Below, in pieces: positions 32,701-45,979 of a DNA stretch of 64,000 bases. The DNA is taken from positions 32,924,001 to 32,988,000 of the forward strand of contig OZ076409.1 of assembly GCA_964187785.1 (NCBI GenBank), read 5' to 3'. Both the position numbers and the translations under genes were made by a program. The notes beneath the pieces are model-generated. The model saw only the letters and a program-made list of their open reading frames with translations. It was not told the DNA's origin and did not search any database. The DNA is from Amphiscolops sp. MND2022. Lineage: Eukaryota. Numbering within the stretch: the stretch's first letter is position 1; each line of letters starts with the position of its first letter.

Positions 32701-34806
32701 CACCGGACAATGCAGCAAATTGTTCATCCTCCTTCACGAAACAAGATGCGGAAATACGAATATTTGCATCAGGAGTAGAGCCGTCGAAGAACACAAGGAT
32801 ACAAAGTCTGACAAACTATCACAAGCGACTGTCTTGCTCCAAGTGGCCTGAGCATATGTCGACTCAACTGGAATAGTGACCCGGAACTGATTCCACAGTC
32901 GCCTCAAAAAACTGTGCGACCCACCACTACGAAGGAGCACGAAAAGACCACCCACAAGTGTCGCAGACGACACCAACTAAAGCATCCACTTGGTCTTCTT
33001 TGAATGGATTCTTCTTGCCCAGAACTACGGGCGGAGTGTGCTCAATCTCGGCACGCAATTCATCAGAAAAACTGGCAACTTTCACTTCTTCATACTGAGG
33101 GGTGTAAATTACATCTTCATGATCCAGCCTGTTTCGCCGATCTTTCAGATAGTGACTTTTGTGACTGAAGTGCCGCCAGATCTCGGGCTCAACACGACTC
33201 ACGAAAGAAATGACCTTTTGACATATTGTACAATTAAACCCATTTGGGTTCTTTTCCTACCTCTGGCTGACAAATAACTGGGTGATTGCATGCCCAGCCA
33301 TCTCTCTACGTAACACATGTTGCTCAGTTTGTCTCCGTTTTCTTCGCTCATACTTCGCATACAGTCTACGTTTGGTCTTCTCCTCATCGCCCAACTGGCT
33401 GGACTCCCGATGCATATGTATGCCCTTCGACTTCAACAAACGTACTACTCCATCGAACTCTAAACAACAAACTCAAATGGAACCGAACAATAACAAATCA
33501 CAATGGACACACGTGAACACATGACAGGTACAACCACAGCAATCAGACAGAACTAACAGAAAACTTATAACTAGAAACAAAACAAAACAGAAACTTACGA
33601 CGCGACAAGGATGTCATCAACCCGAGATTGTGAACGCTCGAGACGCACAGCTGCCCGACAATATGCCAACACCTGACTTGATGACAGGCAGATTGCTCCA
33701 GAAGGCACATTGGACACACCAGCTAAACATAAAGAAGCAATGAAACCAAATGCACCCTGCCTTTGCATGAGTTGACAGACTGAGAACCAAGAATGATGAC
33801 AACAATGTGAATAAATCAAAAGAAAAATACCTTTGCCCCATTTTTTGTGCAACACACACTGCTCCAGACCCTCAGCAGGACGACCATCTTGGGTACGATC
33901 ACGCTTGACCTTCGAAACACTAGCCCCATCGTCAGCAAAAACATCTCGCGAGACACCGGGTGAATCACTGGGCAGAGGATCCAAAGCGTCGAACACATTC
34001 CCTTCTTGAAGTATGGGAGTCTGAAGTGCAATACAAATAGGGATGACAACGCAAGATTAGATATTCACTTACCATCAACAAACGAAATCCCTAACTTCAC
34101 CTCCTGCTTCCGAGAACAACTGCAAGCCCGGGGCTGTCATCTGAACTTGACACATTGGGCCGCACCTTCTTGGAAGACCCAACTGCAACAGACGACATCA
34201 GCCGTTTGCTGCTCCGAGTACCAATGGGGAGTACAGAATAACCAGGAGTAAAATCCTCGTCATTAGAGTCGTCATAGGATCCTGAAACCAATAAAGGTAG
34301 ATGAAATAACGCGTCTGTATACTAGCATCAAAACTGTTAACTGGCCATCAACAAATAGCTAAGTAACCCACCGTGTTGGTCTTGTAAAAATCCAAGTCAA
34401 GCCACGCATCACTCCCAGGAGAATGGTTGGACAAGGCATCGTCATCCAAAGGATCGTTAGCACCAACTCGGGAATCACCAATTGCTGCATCATCACAGTG
34501 GTCATCACTGCTGCCTGTATCATTCTCACCAAAGCCAGCTACTTTACGGGACGGTTGCAAGGCGCCTCGATCTGGCTGGCCATCGCCCAGCGTCGCAGTA
34601 TCATCACTCGCACTCTCTTGACGAATCTCAGCTCAGCTCTCCACTATTTGCAACTGACCTTCGGTCGCCCCACCATCCTTCCCACTCTCTTCGTCATTAT
34701 CCACATCAACCCCTCTCCCCACCAGAGGCTCACACTCACTCTCAATCACGCCAATTTCTTGAGACAGGGCAAAACGAGCAGCATCCTCGTCTGTCGAAAC
34801 TGTCAT
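29743..34806 (-). pseudogene. Antisense multi-exon gene of element B (acidic N-terminus, C2H2/BED-like finger, hAT-transposase-like body), disrupted and partly duplicated
   Basis: ATG at 34806; FNCTICQKVISFVSRVEPEIWRHFSHKSH near 33150-33240; 515 aa open C-terminal part 29743-31290. Candidate GT-AG introns at about 34282-34371, 34021-34072, 33724-33830 and 33460-33597. Confidence 0.65.
30835..33158. repeat. Tandem duplication of about 1.16 kb inside the antisense gene of element B
   Basis: 30835-31995 is repeated at 31996-33158, giving duplicated ORF translations such as GGHSLDPFAVLDFLILQFNK. Confidence 0.95.
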
Positions 34807-35087
34807 AAGTTAAGAGAACAATCTGAAATAATACCATCCAACGAAATAAAACCGAAGACGTGGCGTAAAACCAACGACAATACTACTATCAAATATTATG
34901 ATTATGAGATAATGGAATTCAGTCAGTCTGCTAGCTGAAAATTTTCCCAATCACGCAAGCGGCGTGAACAAATAAGAAAGGAATAGGATTATCAGTCAAT
35001 TATTCAGCTATTCCTCAAGCAGTCGCTTAGCATTACTTACAATTATTAATCGCATTTTCACAACAGCTTACTTTCATCGCCATTACA

Positions 35088-35679
35088 ATGACCTCATTAG
35101 ATTTCAACTTGTCAGGCAATTGCGTTATACTTGAACGGGAGCAGGATCTCTACATGAATACCCCCGCTGCACAATCGACAACCAAGACACCAAATAACCA
35201 TAACAAAAACGCGCAATCACCTATTATTCCAGATGTATACAAGATTATCAACAAGGGACACGAACACATTGTTCTATATCGTGAATCGGCACCGGTATCC
35301 ATATTAACGACGGTACAAGAAGACACCCTACCGATTAGAAGATTTGCTACTGTTAACCCAATTATACCGGACGACATCTTTATGAGCCCACCGCGAAATT
35401 ACAAGAATATGCACAGCTGATTACACAGCCCCAATGATGGGGAGATGAGCCCTATTTCAAGCAATACAAGCTCGATTGGCTACTTCTCAGGCAGCGACTG
35501 ATCATCAGACTCATCGTGCTTTACTTACGATTCACAAATACTATCTATCTTTGATCCACCAATATCTTCCCCATTCAGGCCAATTTCTCCGCTCCCCCCT
35601 TACGGGACGCTCAAGAAAACCGGTGACTGTCACAGCCCCAGAGTTGCTGTGGAGAAATAAAGTAACTGGGAACGCCTGA
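35088..35679 (+). pseudogene. Sense ORF of element B that runs into the 3' LTR, disrupted, function unknown
   Basis: ATG at 35088 (110 aa), with a further piece 35476-35679 crossing the LTR start at 35628. Element C has an ORF in the same position. Confidence 0.45.
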
Positions 35680-37818
35680 GGAGAGAAGCGAAGAAAGTGA
35701 CCAGAAAGAAACCGAAGAATGAGCAAATGAACCTGAAAGAACCAAACCAACAAACAACAATTAAAATACAAACAATTAAATAGTTACTTAAATAATATTA
35801 ATAACTTGACCACTGTGCAGTACCTAAAATACATAAATATGGAAATACTTAAATAATATTAACTGCAAATAGTGTGATTTGTTTACAGTAAAACGAACGG
35901 CGTGCTGATTGAAATTATTACTACCACCGCGCCGACCAGCGTACTGCCACTTTAACAGCGGAGCTAAATAAATCTATTTCCATTTTTTAAAATTAACCAA
36001 TCAGCGCTTTGCGCAAATTCATTTGCTAGCTGAGTGGCCTCCGCAGGCAGCTCACCAGTCAGCCGAAAACTGGGACGCACGCCCAGTCGCTCGATTAAAT
36101 TAACAATAATGATGCTAAAGATGATGAATATTTTTTACAATTCTAATGTAATCCCAACTTAAAAGAAGTTGAAATATGGGAAAACAAGTTCGGCAAGGAC
36201 AAAATATCCACCTATAACGTACTATCGATGCTAAAAATTGTATTTACTACTGCTACTTTAGAGTCAACCACCCAGGAAACCGATTAAACAGACAATTTTG
36301 AGTCTAAATCCCGGCTGTTGAATTTGTTAAATTATAGACTAAATACCCACCAATATCAGTACACGCAACCCTTTGTGAACCAAATTGACCCCGTGGAAAC
36401 TAAAACATGAAGAACAATGCAGAAATATGATGCAAATTTTATTTTTTAAATGTTAAGTGCGGACCACACTTATTCGAATTTGAGACAACACTCCAGTCTC
36501 TCAATTGGCGATTATGAATTGTCAATGTTCGTAAAACCCATAGGACTATTTAGCTCAAAGATGCGTGTAATTTTCATTCAACGGTGCAATTTTGTCTTTT
36601 CCCGCATGTGTCAACCTATTTATTATGCCAATATTTGTTAATCATTCCATTCGGAGTGAAGTTTGTTCATGCAATTTGAGTCAACGTCCTGGTCAACCGC
36701 TCAATCAACCTAGAGTAAAACGTGCTACCAGGGGTGTGACCAGAATAACTAATCGTTTATTTCACGCTAAATACTATTGATGAGCATTATTTTTTGACGT
36801 TTAATTGGAAAATTTACTTATATCGTATTTTGTTATTTTTGCCGTTGAATTGCATTTTATTTTGATGTAAAGTTTGTTTCTTTTCCCGCGTTAGTAGCTA
36901 GATTTATAAATCTTACTTGCCAACTTCATTCTCGGCGTCACTAATTGGCGGGGAATGGGCGGGGAATGAGGAAGAAGGGAGGCGAAATTGGAACTTCGGC
37001 ATGAAATTGATTCCCACTTTTCCTAAAGTGGGATGACATCGAGAGCCGAAGTCCGAAGAAGCTTACCTAATTCGGAAATTCCTCGCCTCGGAAGGACGCC
37101 GGGCTGAACGAGGTGTGAGTTCACGCGCGGCGGGACTCATCCCGCGTGTCTAGCGAAAAGTATGAATAACTAAGGCGGGTTGAGAAAAGGGCAGGTGAAA
37201 GTTTGAATTGATGTAAGTACCTTAATTTGGAAGTGATCGTTCTAACTTGTTTCTTTGAACTATTTGTTGATACCTTTTGGAGATCAACTGATTAACTTGG
37301 ATCATATTAGAATCCAGCATTGTTTTTGTTTAATTCACTATTATTCCAACTAATTGTTCTCCTATTTTGCGAACTCATTCCCGAGAGACTATCCGAATAT
37401 CTTAATCTGAACCAAGTTCATCGAGTAATTCAAGTCTCGTCAGCTTTGAAATCCTTTTCCTCAATGCCTGAGAAATCCCAGAAGAGAAAGTTAAGGAGGG
37501 ACCCAGCAGAGGATTCAGACTTCGTAGAGAGTTCTAGTTCCCCAACTGACGGAAATAACTGCATTTCAGGGCGGGATTTTGAAGAGATTACTAGCAAAGT
37601 TGAAAAAAAGGTCAAAACGTTTGAGAGATACTGAACATTGTCAAAGAGAAATACTCAAGTTGATTGAAAATATATCTGCCAAGGTGGATAAATTGACTAA
37701 TTCAGCATCATTAAACCCAGGTTGTTCGAGTTCCAGGACTGAGATTCACGAAAATCTACAAGACGTTTGAACCTCAGAATACGTTGATATTTCCGAACAA
37801 AGAAATGTAAACTCCAAC
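35628..37818 (+). repeat. 3' LTR of element B
   Basis: TGTCACAG...ACTCCAAC, with the final A at 55509. It contains a block of roughly 110-120 bp near 37200-37310 that the 5' copies lack. Confidence 0.9.
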
Positions 37819-40129
37819 TGTCACAACCCGCTCCCTGCTTGGGATGCTCTTGCAGGCGAATGGGGATCCAAAGAGGGCATGGTTACAACCTTCGGTTCCC
37901 GAAATGGTAATAGAACTTTAAAATAGTATTCATTAACAAAAAAAAACTGTGACTAAAAACGCAAAATTTACGTCTACTCAACGGAATATTCATACGAACA
38001 TAGTTAGAAGACAAATAGACTGAAATGATTTTCCACGCATTTCCGGTAAGACGTTTCATTCACGTCAAAATAGTAACATTTGCCACCTGAAAACGAAATT
38101 AAAACACGTTTTAAAATGAAGAGATCATAAGCTAATCTAGATGAAAACATATCCAAAATCATCTCTAAAAAGGACATCAATCAGTTCTAAAATAGAAAAT
38201 ACCTTGCGATGGCACGCCGAGGAAATTAAACTTTTTCTACGGAAGTCAGCTCATTTACTCTTTGAACAGCAATTAGTGTGGTTTAGGACGACAATATTGC
38301 GTTGATGTAAACAAAGCGGCGTCAGAAATAAGAATACTTGTACATTTGTCGTCAGTAAGACGCAGGTAAGATTTGAAGGCATACGGATTGACGTCACTGC
38401 CTCGTCTATGCGCACTAAAGAATCATTCCATTTAACCACTTATACTAATGGCCTCAAAAGAAATCATTCCAATTTTCCGCCAATATGACGTCACAGTAAT
38501 GCTAGACAACTGATTTTAATTCCAAATTTACGTCCACGCTACGTCCACTGCAATGGTAGACTAAGGCTAATTCGTACGTCCACGTTACGTCCAAAATCCA
38601 TCAAAATAACCGTTTTGATCCAACTAGAAAGATGAAGTAACCGCTGTTTTAATGGTTCAAGTTTGGGAATGTCATGCAACCTTAGACTCAATCAAAATTG
38701 GGATAGAAAAAAAGACATTTGAGATATCGTCTAATTGCCGTCAAATAAAACTCCAATTCAAAAATTGTTATTAGGATTTAGTTTGAATGAAACTTTTCCG
38801 CATCATTTAAGATAGAAGTCACAGTTTATTCCAAAGAAAACTTCATAAAAATGTATTTCGTGGTAACCTATGTAAACTCCTGGCGCTATCTCACATAAAC
38901 AAACGTCCGCTTGACGTCCTAAAGATTTTCAATGTTCTGATATATTGAAAATGAAGCCATATTTTGATAATGATGTACTTGTATTGTAATTATATTTATC
39001 GCTTGGAATACAATTTATCGCTTGGAATTGCTGTTAACGTTTAATGTTCTGTTAAAGTTGACTCAATTTGACGTTGTTAATACGTCTGACCATGTTTGTG
39101 CCTATTTAAAATAGGGCTATGTGAGCTAATTTATTTAATTAAAGTACAATTAACGGAAGCCTGATTCCTTTTTGTTCTATTAGCATCATCAAATTGCCCA
39201 ATTCAGGACAACTAGTCATAATTTCTCAAGTTGAAATTGAAAATCAGGTATTAGTTGTTCACGCCAGCGTCATCTCCGCGTCAATTTTCCTACGTACAAA
39301 AGCGGAAAAAAAGAAACACTTCCGGTTCGACAGACTGAAGAATTGTCTACTTCCTGCTTGGGAGGAAGCAAAACGTAGCCGGAATGAAATGATATGATCA
39401 TGGTTGATGATTAATACTTGATTAAAATTGTCGTGTCTTAAAATTTGACAAAATGTCGACGCAAATTTGGGGTAGTAATGATTTTTTCATCGATGAAAGA
39501 GGAAATGACTAATTGTTCGAGGAAAATTAGGGATTTTAATCGTGATCAAATGATGCTGGGAGGGTAAATATACGGTACAATTTAAGGGACTCCTAATTAA
39601 TGATTAAGGGACTCCTAATTAAGTTTTTCCTAATTGTAGAAACCAGTTGCTATCTAACTCGTTTGTCTCAATTTCAATCTTATTCAACTCTGTTGAAAAA
39701 ACCTCAAAAGAACGAATTGAATTCAATCTGAATCAAATCTCTCTTCATCAAAGTGTCGACTAAAAGGAGCCAAAAGAGAAGAAACAATCAACAAGAGGCT
39801 ATTGAAAGTGTAAGTGAAGGTTTTGTTTAACCAGATGTAGTGGAGAATTCTTGTCCTCTAGACCAGGACATAAGCATGGTGTGACCATTTAGACCAAAAA
39901 CCCCCAGAATAGAAGGTAGTCTCTTAGGAGGAAATTACTTCTGAGATTGCGAATCTCCTTGTAGAGTCTCAGAGGGAAATGCTAAGACTTCTTGAACCTG
40001 AAAGAAGAGAAAATGTAAGGGAAAACACCGAAGAAGAAACAGAGAAGGAAACTAGGAGCTTCTACACTCCTACAAAATCTGTTAGAATTAATTCTACCCA
40101 AAACAACGATACGAATGTAAGTCGTAACA
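37819..40129 (+). repeat. 5' LTR of element C (about 2.31 kb)
   Basis: TGTCACAACC...GTCGTAACA; homologous to 53171-55503; CCAAT plus TGACGTCA at 38480-38493. Confidence 0.92.
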
Positions 40130-41180
40130 TGATGACAGGAGTCCTAACCGACTTCACAAATCACCCAAAAATAAGGTCTCAGAGCCAACCAGCGTCAAAA
40201 GAGAGTCCTGCGGTAGCTAAAACAGCTAGAACTCCGCGCTACCTATGCCAAAAAGCCCTAACGGCATCACTCCCAACATTTGACGGTAAAACTGAAAACG
40301 TCGAACTCTTCGAAGATCTTTTCCGCAACAACATCAAAATGTACCCGCATCTCACGGAACTTCAAAAAATCAACTATTTGCACTACTTACTACGAGGAGA
40401 CGCCCTACAAGCGTTGTGCAACATGGAGGATGCAAAAAAGAATCCTTAGAGGAAATAATGACAATTTTTAAACGTCGTTTTGGCGACTACTTATCAATGG
40501 CAATAGCCAGATGCGAATGGGACGCACTCAGATTCGATCCTTCAAAGCAAAACTACACGAACTTTTGGACACTCTCCAAAAAACCGCTGAGGAGGCCTTC
40601 GGGTCAGAAGCGCAACAATTCATTGACAAGGCTATATATGCCAAGATGCCCGACCACGTCAAGAAGATATTACACAGGGCATACCTCGAAGATAAACCGT
40701 ACAGCGGCATCGTACTACACCTAGAAAGAGAAATGCGACTCAATGGCCTTGGGGCACCAGATGAGGTCAACTTGGTCACTCTAAATAAAATAGAACTTGC
40801 CCAAATAAAACCTGAGAACAAACCAGCTGACAATACCACACAAAATACCACTCAAAATACTAAAACAGGATAGTGCTTCTACTGCAATAAATTTGGCCAT
40901 TTCAAAGCCGAAAAATGAGAAGAGGCAAATGACAACAGACACGGAAAAACAGCGGCTAAACCAAAAATAGTGCAGGCACCACGCTTAAATGTGATACTTG
41001 TGGCAAACCTCACAAAACGGAAGATTGTTGGAATGGAGCCAACTCGGCAAATGACCCGAGACCTAAGCGACACTTCCAATGAGAAAGGAACACGGATACT
41101 TCCGCCCAACAATTGACAGTCAAATTCGGAGACGAATCAAAAAACTACTTACGCCGCGCCTGCGCTTCGGGGAAACAGTA
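39752..41180 (+). pseudogene. gag: gag of element C (starts inside the LTR), disrupted
   Basis: LPTFDGKTENVELFEDLF, LEREMRLNGL, knuckles CFYCNKFGH and CDTCGKPHKTEDC. The intact start MSTTRSQKRR is visible in the 3' LTR copy near 55109. Confidence 0.85.
40130..40142 (+). other. Primer-binding site of element C, tRNA-Leu-like
   Basis: TGATGACAGGAGT directly after the LTR, similar to element B's PBS. Confidence 0.6.
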
Positions 41181-44100
41181 GACGCGAGGGCGTAATCAAC
41201 AGAAGAAACCCCCACTACATATGCAAATGACACAACAAAAGAATACAACGGTACACCAACAGAAGATTGGCTGAGACGACAAGGACTCGCCTCAATAAGA
41301 AGACCACTCACACAACCAAAAAAAGAGGAATTCTACGCCCAAGATAAAGACTATAGAGGCGACCATACACATCACGCAAGTCGTATCGTCCAGCACCCTT
41401 GCCCTATCAAAGAACAATCCGTTGCAATACAAATAGAACAAAACGAAAACGCCCCTGACGACCAACCATCGTCACAATCAACAGAGGAAGATATATACGG
41501 CTCCCACAAGAAACCTATCTTCACAAATGATTTCTCCACCTCGCACAATTCAATCAAGGAGTACGTGAACCGAAAAAGATTGAAGCACTTAGATACCGTT
41601 AAACTCAACAATAACGCTCAAAAAACGACGACGGATGCTCTATCTACCACTTGAGTTCGGCGAAACCACAATGGACAGACTTGTTGACTCAGGAGCGTTC
41701 ATCAACGCAATGTCATGGTCAGATTACAACGCAATCAAATTGAACAGTGATAACTGCATCATAAAGGAGTATACCCGGCCTCTTTTCAAAATTGAATGTG
41801 CAAACGCCCAACTATAGCAACCAATAGCCACCGTCGATATACAATTCAACATAGGGACGTACACATTCACAGACACCTTCGTCATCCTCTCGAACACGTC
41901 TGTCCCAATAATAGGGCTGAACGTCGTGAGAAATCACCAAGCGGTACTAGATACGGCAAACGGTACCATCAACTTCCCGCACGTCGAAGTGACGTTGGCC
42001 ATGACAGACGAATTGAAAAACTGTAATCCGAAAACACTCCAAATAATGGCAGAGGGAAACCAGACGATACCGCCACAACAAACAACAACAGTCAGTGCAA
42101 TAGTGATCGCTACAAACATAAATGACGTCACTGGGACGGTACAGCCATCGCCGCAATTCGACGAGACAGCTACCATCATCGTTGCACCAGCGTTGGCGAC
42201 AGCCCACAACAAGAGAATCAATATACGAATAGCCAATCTGACGGATTTCCCACATACAATAAAAACCACACCAATTTGGCAGAGTTACAAATCCTCAAAC
42301 CTGAAGAAACAAAGCAAATACGACCCATTGACGCTGCCGCACTCAAACTACTACAAGACCCTGATGATACATGTATGTGAACGAGCTCATGAAATCCAAC
42401 AAAAATGAACAAAACAGTGAAAATTTCTGGTTCCCTACACCCGAGAACCCAAGAAATGAGGATGAACACACACCAATACAACGACGAATTTTAAAGTAAA
42501 TCCGTGAGCTCATCAAAACGAGGGAATTTGATCCGACAAAAGATCAGGAATCAAGCAAGCAATTCCTTGACATGTTCCAATGGGAAGGATCACAAATCGA
42601 AGGAAACGATAAAAAACAGCTCGAAGAAACGATAATCGTATACAACGACATCTTTGCACGTCACCGATTTGACATCGGCATCAACAGTAACTTCAAAGTG
42701 AAACTAACCCCGAAAAACGAACGTCCAATCTACACACAAAGTCTGCCCGTACCAATAAATCTGAAAGTAGATCTAACAGTCGAATTGGCACTAATTCACA
42801 GATACGGCATAATAACGACTCTGTCATTTTCAAAATACGCAAGCCCAATTTCGCACAACGAAAACCAAATGACAAATTACGTCTACTCGTCGACCTCCGA
42901 AAAATCAATGCACTAATATCAGACGACTACATAAACAACAACCACCCAGTTAGCACATTGTCACACGCAGCTCAACACCTAGCTGGGAAGAAACCTTTTT
43001 GTAAATTATACTGCTCCCAGGCAAACCACTGCCTGCAAATGGCAGACCAGAGATCAATCGAAATGCTAGCTTTCAACTTCGCAAGCAGGACGTTTGCCTA
43101 CAAACGCTTAGCACAAGGACTGAGCAGAGCTTTATCAGCATTTTCGAGCTTCATGAGAGAGTATTTGGATAAAGTAATTAAAGCCGACCAGTGCGCGCAA
43201 CATATGGATGACATTGGAATAGCTGCCAATTTGGTGATGCAACTGATATGAAACATCCGAGCTGCCTTCGAATGCATCAGACAAGCAAGACTCAAACTAT
43301 CCATCGACAAATGCCATTTTGGAGTAACTGAGGTCGAATTCCTTGGAAGAACGATCACCCCACAAAGAATCGCCCAGGATATGCGCTAATGATAGAAGAA
43401 GAAAATGACAAAAAACTCAATTCCAAAAAGAAAACTTTCGCCCCCGTAGCATTCGGATCAAAAGTATTCTCACCAGCTCAACTGAAGATGTCAAATTATT
43501 GCAAAGAAATTCTGGCAATTTACAATGCTTTTCTAGAACACAGCCATATCTTGTGGGAAACAACCCTCGTGATGACCGACAATAGATGGGTAACAAGGTT
43601 TTTCCAAACAAAAGCGATAACCCCTACACTATGGAATGCATGTGATTACGTGCTGCAATTCATTTTTCACATCATCCACGTAGCCGGAACGCAAAATACA
43701 GCAGCTGATTTTCTATCAAGGATTGACCTCAATCCTAAAGAAAGGGTTGAACTGAAGATCAAAAATGACATCACAATTCAACCAATCCAAGTAAATCTGC
43801 AGTCTACAGATGTCGCAGATGAAGAACAACTTTTCTTCCTTCCAAATGAAACAATTGAAACTGAAGAAGAAATCCTCTTTAAGAAAGAACAAGCCAGACA
43901 AGCTGCGCGCGTCGGAGTGACGACAAAGATAAAAATGGCCATACAAGAAACCACCCCAATTCCGATAAACAAGGCATCATACACTCTTGGGGCAATAAAA
44001 GAAGACGCGCGTATCAGAGTAGAAAAGATTCAGACCTAGTCTTCGAAACATTCAAAAAAAACTGATATGCGAAGAACATGACAAACACCTCCTACAAACT

Positions 44101-45760
44101 GACCCGACAGCCAAACGTTTATTAGTCCATGAAAATAGACTGATAGTCAAAGACGGAATCCTAATGCGCAAATACTACGGAGAATGCGGACAAGTCACAC
44201 ATCACCAAATATTAATTCCCGAACACATGATCACAGAACTTCTAAAAGCCATCCATGGACAAAAGGGAAAACACCCAGGGATCACAAAAGTGATCCAGGA
44301 ATGCAGATCAAAATATTATTACCCCGGTTTAGCAAAAAGAATCAAACAGTGGGTAATGCAATGCGAGGACTGCATAAAATACAAAAGAATCAACTCTAGC
44401 CAAGTCCGACCGAAAATGATCAACAATACAGAACACGTCTTGTTGACATAACCGAAATCGACATACTGCCGAGTCTACCAAATTCTGCAGGATACCAGAA
44501 CATCGGCACAATGATTGATGTATTCTCGCGTTATCTAATCGCATATCCAACACAGAATGCCACAGCACGTACAATCGGACGATGCATTGTCGATGCCATG
44601 ATTAGACATGCATACTTACCAGCATTAATCCTATCAGATAAAGGCTCTCAATTCAGATCAGAAGTCGTCGCAGAAATAACGCAAAAACTCGAAATCCAAA
44701 TCAGCCACGCGTCTACGAAACATGCACAAAAGATTGGAGTTTTGAAAAGGACACAAGCTTCAATCAAAACTGCACTAAAAATATCGACAAGTGAAAGATG
44801 CTCAATGTGGCATAATTACGTCCAAATCGCAGTCATGAACTATAACACAACATACCTTGAAACTTTGGGGTGTGAACCTTTCACAGTATCCCATGGACGC
44901 ATACCCTACAATGTTCTCGACCTAAAATTAGGCATCAAGCCAAAGTGGAAAACTACGCCTAATTCAGACATAGCAGAGCAACTACAAAAACAGTTCGATG
45001 AAGTGCGAGCGACAGAAAAGGACAATATCATGCTGTCATACCTCAAATACAAAAAATACTACGACCGCAAGGCGTTGGCAGCTCCGCTCAAAATAAAAGA
45101 TTACTGCTACATCCTTAATCCGAAAGCCGACAACCAATCGATCGACAAAATTTGCTTTCCGAAATTGCATCTGGACAGGACCGTACATAGTAATAAAAGT
45201 CCTATCAAATAACAAATATACGATACAAAAAATTGGCACGCGATACACATAGACGCTACATAGAATCCGCATACGACTTTACGTGCCAGAACAACGTATG
45301 CTTGACGTCACAGTACGAGCAAACGAATATCTTCCTGATCCAGACGTCAAGGTGTCGCACAACGAGTGGTACGCAGTATCGTGGCAAATGGATTTTGGAA
45401 AACAGATCGACAAACACGAGACGCCAGCAAGTGCGGAAAAAAATCAAAAAAAGAAAAGAAGTGATAAACACACATAACGAAACTACGACGCAGCAAGTAC
45501 CAAGAAATCAGACTGAGGACACAAATGACGCCGCGCCGTCGTCCCCGGCGTTTTCAAATCTTACTACAGACACGGGGGATAATCCATACATACGACGCCC
45601 CCAACCCATTGAAAGAGTCCAAATATTCCCCCATGATCACCGCCTACAACTGTCGGATATAACCCGAGGAAAATAGCAAAGAATAACTTGAGACCTAATC
45701 CTAAACCTAATGCTAATCCTGATTTCAGACGACTTGACGCTGTGACTACGACTCAATAAA
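41139..45760 (+). pseudogene. pol: pol of element C, disrupted, with an internal deletion at the RT/RNase H junction
   Basis: LVDSGA (PR); RLAQGLSRALSAFSSFMREYLD, QHMDD (RT); MTDNR, AADFLSR (RNase H); HGQKGKHPG...CEDC, SDKGSQF (IN). Confidence 0.92.
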
Positions 45761-45979
45761 AAGATACTATCAGGGGTCCAGACCGAACCGATCTGACTAC
45801 TTAAATTACAGGCATACTACGGCCCCAACTTCATTTTCTTTTATTTCCCAACCTACATACAAACACTCACGTTGGGATGTTCTCTTTTATCATTTTTTCT
45901 TCACTTGGACATATTTATCAAACACAATCAGATAAATAAATTACGGGAATTACAGCTACAATCTAATGTCTGCGGCATA

